The notes beneath the pieces were generated by a model. It did no database searches and had not been told where the DNA came from. It saw only the letters and a program-made list of their open reading frames with translations. The position numbers and the translations under genes are program-made. Positions 57,434-64,000 of a DNA stretch of 64,000 nucleotides are shown here, one piece after another; position 1 is the stretch's first letter; each line of letters opens with the position of its first letter. This DNA comes from Nitrososphaerota archaeon. GTDB taxonomy: Archaea > Thermoproteota > Nitrososphaeria_A > Caldarchaeales > Calditenuaceae. The stretch is taken from assembly GCA_033581555.1 (NCBI GenBank), contig JAVQSZ010000004.1, positions 1-64,000 of the forward strand, given 5' to 3'.

Positions 57434-58387
57434 ATGGACGCGAGGGTCGAGGAAGTCGAGGCGGTCATCGAGAGGCTGAGGGCTGAGTTCGAGCGGCACA
57501 TGCGCGAGAAGCTCAGGTCCGAGCCGAGCGGCCAGCTAATATGGGAGGTCGTCGAGGGAGGGAAGAGGCTGAGGCCCGCGTTCCTCCTCATGGTCTTCGA
57601 CTGCCTGGACGGCAAGGACCGGGAGATGGCCCTCGATGTCGCGTACGCCCTCGAGCTAGCCCACAACGCGTCCCTCGTTCACGACGACATCATCGACCTC
57701 GACTTCTTCAGGAGGGGGAAGCCTTCGCTCTGGAGGAGGATAGGGATCGGGAGGGCCGTGATCGAGGGCCACAGGATCATCAACGTCGCGTTCTCCACCG
57801 CACTCGAGAAGGGACAGGAGATCGCGAGGATCTTCCTCGAGGCCTGGGACAGGGCTTCTCTCGGCGTGCTGGAGGAGATAGTCGCGACCAGGCCGCCCTC
57901 CGAGATCTTTTACCAGAGGGTCATCGAGCATAAGACTGGAAGTCTCTTCGCGGCCGCGGCCGAGTCGGCCGCCGTGTGCGCCGGCGTCGGTGGGACGCTA
58001 AGGGAGGCGATCAAGCGGTACGGGCTGCTCGTCGGGACCGCGTACCAAATCGCGGACGACATCGTCGAGATGAAAAGGAGGCCACTAGGGCTCAGCCTGA
58101 TGCTCGCGCTGACCAGACTCGAGGACGCGTTCGTGAAGTTCGCGCTGGCCCTGAGGACCAGGTCCCTAAGGGCGCTCCTGAGCTTCGCGAAAGTCCGCGG
58201 GAAGGACGTCAGCTTCTTCACCTCGATGCTGGAGGAGAAGCTGGAGGAGATCGACAAGCTCGTAGACTCGCTCCCCTTAGACCCCGACAGGAGGGTCCTC
58301 CTCAAGTCCTTCCCCAGGTACTGCGTCAGGGAGATGCTTAAGGAGGGCAGGGTCGATGTCGGCACGGTGCGAGGCCTGCGGGGCTGA
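57434..58387 (+). CDS. Polyprenyl diphosphate synthase (GGPP synthase-like)
   Basis: GGKRLRP, LVHDDIID..RRG, KT, YQIADDIVE; ATG 57434. Confidence 0.85.
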   Translation: MDARVEEVEAVIERLRAEFERHMREKLRSEPSGQLIWEVVEGGKRLRPAFLLMVFDCLDGKDREMALDVAYALELAHNASLVHDDIIDLDFFRRGKPSLWRRIGIGRAVIEGHRIINVAFSTALEKGQEIARIFLEAWDRASLGVLEEIVATRPPSEIFYQRVIEHKTGSLFAAAAESAAVCAGVGGTLREAIKRYGLLVGTAYQIADDIVEMKRRPLGLSLMLALTRLEDAFVKFALALRTRSLRALLSFAKVRGKDVSFFTSMLEEKLEEIDKLVDSLPLDPDRRVLLKSFPRYCVREMLKEGRVDVGTVRGLRG

Positions 58388-58481
58388 GCTCAAGCGGATC
58401 AACGTCCTGAAGGGCAGGGTCCTGTGCGACCGCTGCTATGAGGCCGAGTCTGGTCTCGAAGGAGGGGTTTGCGTCCACTGA
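58356..58481 (+). CDS. Small zinc-finger protein (41 aa, 2 x CxxC)
   Basis: Not in ORF track: MSARCEACGAELKRINVLKGRVLCDRCYEAESGLEGGVCVH; GGAGGG upstream; bridges the prenyl synthase and permease genes. Confidence 0.65.
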   Translation: MSARCEACGAELKRINVLKGRVLCDRCYEAESGLEGGVCVH

Positions 58482-58490
58482 GGTGAGGCC

Positions 58491-60077
58491 TTGGACGCCG
58501 TTGAGATACTGACCGCGGTCGGCGCCTCCTGGCTGAGGATACTCGCGGCCCTCGCCCTCTCGGTCCTCGCGGCAGTCCCGTTGGGCATCGCGTCGGCCCT
58601 CAACAGGAGGGTCGAGTGGCTGGTCATACCGGTGCTCGACGTCCTCCAGAGCGTTCCGATCCTGGGCTTCTTCCCGATCGCGGTCATCTCGCTCGCAAGG
58701 GTCTCGCCGGCCCTCGGGCCAGAGCTCGCCTCAGTCTTCCTGATCTTCACCTGCACCTTCTGGAACTTCGCGTTCGGGGTCTACGAGTCCGTCAGGAGCA
58801 TCCCTGTTGAGCTGAGGGAAGGCATCAGGCTCTGGAACCTCCCCTTCCTCGAGAGGCTGACGAAGGTTTACCTCCCGGCCGCTGCGCCGAGAGTTCTCTC
58901 GAACCTCCAGCCCTCTACGGCGAACGCCTGGTTCTTCCTCTCAGCCAGCGAGGTGATGGTCCTCGGGAGGGAGGAGCTTCGGGTCCACGGGGTCGGCTAC
59001 CTCGTCGAGAAGTACGCGGCGGCCGGCGACGCGGCCTCACTCGCGGTCCTGCTCTCGCTGACGCTGTTCACGATCGGTCTCGTCCAGTTCGCGGTCTACG
59101 GCCCGATCGTCTCAAGGGCCGTGGAGGGCGATTTCGAGCATGAGGTGAGGCTCGCGCCCCCGAGGGCCCTCGTGACCGGGATATCCGCGATCGCGTCAGG
59201 GTTCAGGACGTTCGGCGACGCAGGCCTGGGCAGGATAGCCCGCATGAGGCAGATCAGGGTGCCGCTGCAGGTCTTCCACGTCGTCCAGTCCCGCGTCCGG
59301 ATCGGTCCATGGGTCGCGGCCGTCGCGGCGCTCGTCCTCGGCGCGGCTTCGGTCTCACTCGCGGCCGAGTACGGGCCCGACCTCTATGAGTCCCTCCGCG
59401 TCGGGGTCTCTCGGCTCTCGGGCGTCGACTGGTTCGGGGTCTCCACGGCCCTCGCCTTCTCCACGGCACGCGTGCTGGCGGTCCTCGCGATCGGGGCCGC
59501 ATGGTCGATCCCGGTCGCGTACCTCTTGGCCGTCAGGGAGGAACTCAGGAGGGTGCTCCTTCCGGTCGTGCAGGTGATCGCCTCATTCCCGGCTCCGCTC
59601 CTCTTCCCGGTCCTCGCTCCGGCGCTCGCCTCGCTGGGGCCTTTCGGGTTGGAGGGCGCTGCGATACTGATGATGCTGATCGGGTCCCAGTACTACGTCT
59701 TCTATTCCGTCCTCTCGGGCTTCATGAGGGTCGACAGGTCCTACGGCGAGCTCTCGAGCCTCTACGGCCTCGGGTTCGGGTACTCCCTCGCGACGATCTA
59801 CCTGCCTTACGCGCTCCCCTCGCTGATCACCGGAGCTATCACGACCGCGGGTGGGGCCTGGAACGCGACCGTGGTTGCCGAGGCGGTCGAGGTCGGCGGC
59901 GTGGTCTACGAGACTCCCCTGCCAGGTTTGGGGAAGGTGATCGCGGGCGCGGCCCTCTCCGGGGACGTGTTCTCCCTCTCGGTCTACGTCGGCGTGATGA
60001 CCCTCTTCATCGTCGCCCTTAACAGGACGCTTTGGAGGAGGCTTTACGACTGGTCCGTGGGGCTGGTGGCCGGGTGA
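58491..60077 (+). CDS. ABC transporter permease with duplicated BPD_transp_1 domains (NitT/TauT-like)
   Basis: DVLQSVPILGFFP, YESVRSIP, SFPAPLLFP, GAITTAGGAWNA, LNRTLWRRLY; SD GAGGTGA upstream. Confidence 0.88.
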   Translation: MDAVEILTAVGASWLRILAALALSVLAAVPLGIASALNRRVEWLVIPVLDVLQSVPILGFFPIAVISLARVSPALGPELASVFLIFTCTFWNFAFGVYESVRSIPVELREGIRLWNLPFLERLTKVYLPAAAPRVLSNLQPSTANAWFFLSASEVMVLGREELRVHGVGYLVEKYAAAGDAASLAVLLSLTLFTIGLVQFAVYGPIVSRAVEGDFEHEVRLAPPRALVTGISAIASGFRTFGDAGLGRIARMRQIRVPLQVFHVVQSRVRIGPWVAAVAALVLGAASVSLAAEYGPDLYESLRVGVSRLSGVDWFGVSTALAFSTARVLAVLAIGAAWSIPVAYLLAVREELRRVLLPVVQVIASFPAPLLFPVLAPALASLGPFGLEGAAILMMLIGSQYYVFYSVLSGFMRVDRSYGELSSLYGLGFGYSLATIYLPYALPSLITGAITTAGGAWNATVVAEAVEVGGVVYETPLPGLGKVIAGAALSGDVFSLSVYVGVMTLFIVALNRTLWRRLYDWSVGLVAG

Positions 60078-60078
60078 C

Positions 60079-60687
60079 TCATTCCACCACGAACCTACCC
60101 CACATCCCGAGCGTGATGTGGCCCGGCACATCGCAGACGTAGAAGTAAGTCCCCGGCCTCTCGGCCATGAAGTAGACCGTGACGCTCTGTCCCGGCGCGA
60201 GGGGGTTTGATGGTGTCCCAGCTTGGGCACCGGGGATTGCCGGTGACGCTCTCGGGTCCTCCATCAGTTCGTTGACGACCGCGAGGACGTGGACCGCGTT
60301 ACCGATGTTCACAAGGGTCAGCTTCACCAGCGAGCCCCTCTTCACCTTGATCTCGGGGCCGGGCGTCGTTATCGAGTCCCTCCTCAACCCGAACCCGAAG
60401 TCGCCTGCGTAGACCACGAGCTCGACGTCTGGCTCCCGCGCCGGCGCCTGCTGCTGAGGTTGGGGCCGCTGAGAATGTCCCCACATCCAGCCCATGCACG
60501 GGCAGACACCCATCATGCGGCCCATCCAGCCCCGGGCGTGCGGTGTCGGCTGCTGAGAAACTGTCGGCGCGCCCCACGCCTGAGAAGCCGGCCGCTGAAC
60601 AGCCGGTGCGATCACGGTTAAGACGATAGCCGCTGATAGGACGACCACAGACATAGCCGCGAGGACTAGGACCACCGATCCCCTCAT
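60079..60687 (-). CDS. Membrane-anchored blue copper protein (sulfocyanin/rusticyanin-like cupredoxin)
   Basis: N-terminal TM, Met/Gly-rich segment, GPEIKV, H..., YVCDVPGHITLGMWG type-1 copper motif. Confidence 0.88.
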   Translation of the reverse strand: MRGSVVLVLAAMSVVVLSAAIVLTVIAPAVQRPASQAWGAPTVSQQPTPHARGWMGRMMGVCPCMGWMWGHSQRPQPQQQAPAREPDVELVVYAGDFGFGLRRDSITTPGPEIKVKRGSLVKLTLVNIGNAVHVLAVVNELMEDPRASPAIPGAQAGTPSNPLAPGQSVTVYFMAERPGTYFYVCDVPGHITLGMWGRFVVE

Positions 60688-60725
60688 GCCCGCTCACCAC
60701 GTGATGTCCTCGACCGGGTGTTAGG

Positions 60726-60926
60726 GTTTCGGTGAAACGGTCCGAAACGTCTCGTCTCTCAGGGACCTCGACGTCGACCTTATGTCCTCAGGACAGGAGT
60801 TGTGACTCCATGTCGACGGCCAGACCTACAACGGTGACCTGAGGGGGCTGGTGGACTCGAGACGGATCGTGACAGACGTCGTTCCGCCCTTCGCGGTCTC
60901 CTGAGCTCCGTTTCACCGCGTTTCAA
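60726..60926. promoter_or_regulatory. Paired operator-like motifs upstream of two divergent genes
   Basis: CCGTTTCACCG on - strand (60730-60740) and on + strand (60908-60918), each within a GTTTC-N5-GTTTCA direct repeat. Confidence 0.5.
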
Positions 60927-60973
60927 GGAATCCTCTTATCTTTGACCCTCTCCAGGAGAGAAGTGGTGCGAGC

Positions 60974-61345
60974 GTGACGTCGGTCCAGAGGCCCGCAGCG
61001 GCCTTCGCCCTCTCCCTCGCGGCCGGAGTCCTCATGGTCGTCGGAGGTGTGATTGGGCTCGCGTTGTGGGCCTGGTGGAACTGGGCGCCCATGTGGGGCT
61101 GGATGATGCCGATGTGGGGGATGATGGGATCGCTGTGGCTGGTCTTCTCCTCGACAGGCCTCGCGTCGGGCGCGGTGGTCCTCTCTGCCGCCCTCTTGCT
61201 GTACAGCCGTCCAGAGCAGGCACAAGTCTGGGGAACAGTCATTCTAGTCTCATCCGTCGTCAGCCTCTTGAGCATGGGAGGCTTCGTGATCGGCGCGGTC
61301 CTCGGCATCGCAGGCGGGCTGTTGGCGCTAGTCCCGAGGGTCTGA
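60974..61345 (+). CDS. Small membrane protein with Met/Trp/Gly-rich loop
   Basis: About 4 TMs; WAPMWGWMMPMWGMMG; GGFVIGAVLGIAGG. Confidence 0.75.
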   Translation: MTSVQRPAAAFALSLAAGVLMVVGGVIGLALWAWWNWAPMWGWMMPMWGMMGSLWLVFSSTGLASGAVVLSAALLLYSRPEQAQVWGTVILVSSVVSLLSMGGFVIGAVLGIAGGLLALVPRV

Positions 61346-61388
61346 GGGCGTTGGAGAGGTCCTGAAAGCGTCGCACGGGTCGAAGCGC

Positions 61389-61646
61389 TCACTCTCTTCG
61401 CGTGAACGCCTCGATCTCCCCCAGTGACTTCTCCATCGCGGAGATCCACCTCAGGAAGGAGTTCGCAGCGGCCCTCATCGCGACCGTGTCATCGGACTCG
61501 ATCTCGAGCCTCAGAGCTTCCCCGGAGCACCCGACGTCAGCGGCGGACCTGCCTCCGGGGAGAGGGCCGACCTCCGGCCGAAGGGCCTCGCAGAGGATCC
61601 GGGCGTGAGGGCTCCTCAGCGTGACGGAGAACCTACAGGGGTGCAT
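61389..61646 (-). CDS. pcc1: KEOPS complex subunit Pcc1
   Basis: ALRPE..RS..LEIESDD..MRAAANSFLRW; follows rpl37ae. Confidence 0.85.
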   Translation of the reverse strand: MHPCRFSVTLRSPHARILCEALRPEVGPLPGGRSAADVGCSGEALRLEIESDDTVAMRAAANSFLRWISAMEKSLGEIEAFTRRE

Positions 61647-61649
61647 CGC

Positions 61650-61865
61650 TCAGGTCGGACTCGGGGCCCAAGCTCCCCCGGCGAACTTATGACCGCACTT
61701 TCGGCACTGCCAGATCCCGACCGCGACTCTCCTGACCGCGACCCTGCCGCACCTCTCGCACTTGTAAGTGGCGTACTGGGTCTTCTCCAGTTCCTCCACC
61801 CTCTTCCTCAACCTGGCTCCGTACCTCGCACCGAACCTCTTCGTCGTCCCCTCTCCCGCCCTCAT
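61650..61865 (-). CDS. rpl37ae: 50S ribosomal protein L37Ae (eL43)
   Basis: RFGARYGARLRK, CERC..VRR..GIWQCRKC..FAGGAW. Confidence 0.95.
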   Translation of the reverse strand: MRAGEGTTKRFGARYGARLRKRVEELEKTQYATYKCERCGRVAVRRVAVGIWQCRKCGHKFAGGAWAPSPT

Positions 61866-61942
61866 GCCCCAAAACGCCTCGGGCCGTTATTTCTAGCTGT
61901 TCGGCGGTCTCAGGTTTATCTCGCCGGGCAGACCACTACGGT

Positions 61943-61998
61943 CGCGATGATGACGGACTCTCCTGTGAGCCGGTGAACGGCCATGGGGTAACTGAGCG
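61943..61998 (+). ncRNA. Box C/D guide sRNA candidate
   Basis: C box ATGATGA (61947-61953), internal GTGA/GTGAAC as D'/C'-like boxes, D box CTGA (61992-61995), short CGC/GCG terminal stem, TTTATC ~25 bp upstream, intergenic. Confidence 0.7.
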
Positions 61999-62027
61999 CC
62001 TTTCTCCACCAATCCGCGCAGAGAGCC

Positions 62028-62411
62028 TCACTGACCTTGGCCGCAGATGTCACAGTTCTCCACGTCAAGCTCGGGCTCGAGGTACTTGTGGAGCTCGCAG
62101 AGCGTCCTGTCCTGTCTGATCCTGTCCATGGCCTCTTGGATCGCCTTGACGACTCTGTGAGGGTCTTGGCTGTCGAACGCGACCGAGGCTATCTCGTCGG
62201 CGTACCTCTCGAGGGCCTGGATCTTCGGGCCCGCGTAGTACGCCCTTCCCCTCACCGCCCTAAGGTAGTTGCTCACAGAGGCCTGGGTTATCCCGAGGAG
62301 GTGGGCGGTCCGCTCCTGCGTCAGCCCGTACTCGAGGACCAACCTCTTCACCACCAGGGCCCTCAGCGTCGGCAGAAGCCACCTCGCCTCGATCTCGCTC
62401 GGGAGCAGCAT
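62028..62411 (-). CDS. HTH transcriptional regulator (COG2522-like) with C-terminal Cys/His motif
   Basis: LPSEIE..LPTLR..GLTQERTAHLLGITQASVSNY..RG; CELH..CDIC. Confidence 0.85.
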   Translation of the reverse strand: MLLPSEIEARWLLPTLRALVVKRLVLEYGLTQERTAHLLGITQASVSNYLRAVRGRAYYAGPKIQALERYADEIASVAFDSQDPHRVVKAIQEAMDRIRQDRTLCELHKYLEPELDVENCDICGQGQ

Positions 62412-62476
62412 GATTTTCCTCGGTTAACGGTGTTATACCCGTATATTTTAGTGTCGTCTCGCTCCGTTCATGCTGC

Positions 62477-63298
62477 TTAGAGCCTCACGAGCTCTAATTC
62501 GAGCTCCTCCGCGATCGCCGCCACCGCCTGACGGTGCTGACCTGGAGTTCCCTTCCAGTCGAGCAGGAGGTACCTGCAACCATCGAGGACGCTTACCGCG
62601 GCCTCGCCCAGCAGGTCGATCCCCTCGGGCATGCAGTACTTCGGGAGGACGTGCGTGACGTCGTAGAGGCGGTCGGCCATTACCCTCGTGAAGGCCGGCG
62701 CGTAGTGTCCTCCCCCCACGCCTATCGAGCCCCTGCTCGATGGCGAACTGGACCCGACCACCTTCACGCAGGCCTCCGCGACCGCCTCCGCCGCCGCAGG
62801 GTCCCTCCGGGCGTCCTCGGGCCCCCCGAACTCCACGTAGATCAGCGGTACCGGCGAGTACGGACCGTGGTGTGTGACCTCCAGACCCACCCACCAGCCC
62901 TCAAGCCTCGTGTCGGACCTCGCCTCCTCGGTTAGCGCGTCGAATGCGATCCTCGTCGCCCCCGCGTGCGTCGCCGAGATCCTCCTGGGCAGGCCGCCGT
63001 AGGCAGCCTCCGACGTCCAGTTGCCGGTCGAGTGCACGGTCAGCGCTTTGACGCCGTGCTCGGAACGGTGCGTCGACGCCACGACCAACAGTTCTGACCT
63101 GAGAGAGGCGAGCTCCTCGACCCTTGCGTGGAGGTGGGAGCCTTTGAGGACGTAGGCCCTGAGGCCCCCTCTCAACAGGACCTCGCGCCCCTCGCTCTCG
63201 ACGGACTCGAAGCCCAGCACCTGAACCAGATACTCCCGTACCATCATCGAGGACTCGTCTGCACTCGAGAGGACGATCGATGCCCTCAATCCGCCCAC
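62477..63298 (-). CDS. dtdA: D-aminoacyl-tRNA deacylase (archaeal DTD2/GEK1 type)
   Basis: STHRS..LTVHSTGN, EVTHHGP, VEFG, GGGHYAP, DWKG. Confidence 0.92.
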   Translation of the reverse strand: MGGLRASIVLSSADESSMMVREYLVQVLGFESVESEGREVLLRGGLRAYVLKGSHLHARVEELASLRSELLVVASTHRSEHGVKALTVHSTGNWTSEAAYGGLPRRISATHAGATRIAFDALTEEARSDTRLEGWWVGLEVTHHGPYSPVPLIYVEFGGPEDARRDPAAAEAVAEACVKVVGSSSPSSRGSIGVGGGHYAPAFTRVMADRLYDVTHVLPKYCMPEGIDLLGEAAVSVLDGCRYLLLDWKGTPGQHRQAVAAIAEELELELVRL

Positions 63299-63368
63299 GG
63301 CGTCTGAGCGCCCAGTATTTACCTGAAGTCCGTAAATACGTATATCGACCCGAGGGTCACCGACTCAG

Positions 63369-64000
63369 CTACAGCCTGATCCCGAAGAGCGTCTGCAACA
63401 GGACAGCGACCAGGAAGTAGCCGTAGAAGAAAGTCCCGGCCGCGAGGAGCAGCGTGGTCACCGGACCCCCGCGTATCTCCTTCGGCAGGAACTTGTAGTT
63501 CACGATTATCTGAAGCGGGAACGCGATGGTCAGCGCGAAGAGGCCGAGGTTCGCTCCAAGCGCCACCAGCTCGAAGGGTTGTGCCCACCTCAGGGCGACT
63601 GCACCGACCATCAACGCCATCGAGACTCCGAAGATCAGATAGAGCACGGTGTAGTAGAGCCTCCTGATGTCGTGCCCGAAGAGCCTCCTTACCTTCTCGC
63701 TCGCCGTCCAGAAGTTGTCGGCGATCACCCGGCTGACGGAGTCCATCAGGCCCCACTGCGTGTCGAAGAGGATCCAGAAGCCCCCAAGGAGCACAATCAC
63801 CCACGCTAGCTCCCCGGCCACCGCCTTGAGGGCCTCGGCCTGAGCGGCGGCCACCGCGAACCCGGTCGGAGTCAGGCCCTTCGGCACCAAGAGGGTGTAG
63901 GCCATCGTCGTCGTGACGTAGACGGTGACGAAGGACACGAGGCTGAATACGATCCAGGAATCCACCCTCAAGACGTTGAGCCATCCCTTCCATCTCCGGA
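63369..64000 (-). CDS. Nramp-like membrane transporter, C-terminal part (runs off window end)
   Basis: Frame stays open to the window edge (RRWKGWLNVLRVDSW...LFDTQWGLMDSVSRVIAD...VNYKFLPKEIR); multiple TMs. Confidence 0.65.
   Translation of the reverse strand, partial: RRWKGWLNVLRVDSWIVFSLVSFVTVYVTTTMAYTLLVPKGLTPTGFAVAAAQAEALKAVAGELAWVIVLLGGFWILFDTQWGLMDSVSRVIADNFWTASEKVRRLFGHDIRRLYYTVLYLIFGVSMALMVGAVALRWAQPFELVALGANLGLFALTIAFPLQIIVNYKFLPKEIRGGPVTTLLLAAGTFFYGYFLVAVLLQTLFGIRL

Noticed and set aside
1-64000. CRISPR arrays, IS elements, rRNA
   Set aside because: No regularly spaced repeats, transposase motifs or rRNA-like sequence seen by eye

Overview
High-GC (roughly 65-70% by eye), gene-dense archaeal chromosome segment. 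GatDE, eS30, eL43, Pcc1, Pop5/Rpp30, CarS, FBP aldolase/phosphatase, a half-size CtaA, a Rieske/cytochrome b pair and frequent TTG/GTG starts point to a thermophilic TACK archaeon, most plausibly Aigarchaeota/Caldarchaeales (inference). Most of the window is housekeeping: purine, His, Lys/Arg, Leu and Cys biosynthesis, translation, RNA processing, lipid synthesis and respiration. The main anomaly is a ~7.5 kb lower-GC island (~5.2-12.7 kb) with a cobalamin-dependent radical SAM enzyme, a processive-type GT2, a GT-C-like membrane protein and several unknown membrane proteins. It is a candidate glycolipid-headgroup or surface-glycan modification system, and two of its genes carry single-base lesions. 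Other notable items: a KstD-like (3-ketosteroid Delta1-dehydrogenase) flavoprotein, CouO-like and LsrF-like bacterial-type enzymes, a haloarchaeal-type phosphomevalonate decarboxylase, a tRNA(CAU) with a 30-nt insertion at a non-canonical position, a C/D box sRNA, probable CTG start codons, an unlisted 41-aa zinc-finger ORF, and a divergent cupredoxin/Met-rich membrane protein pair sharing an operator-like motif. No CRISPR array, integrase or transposase was seen. All product calls rest on motif recognition; no database search was run.
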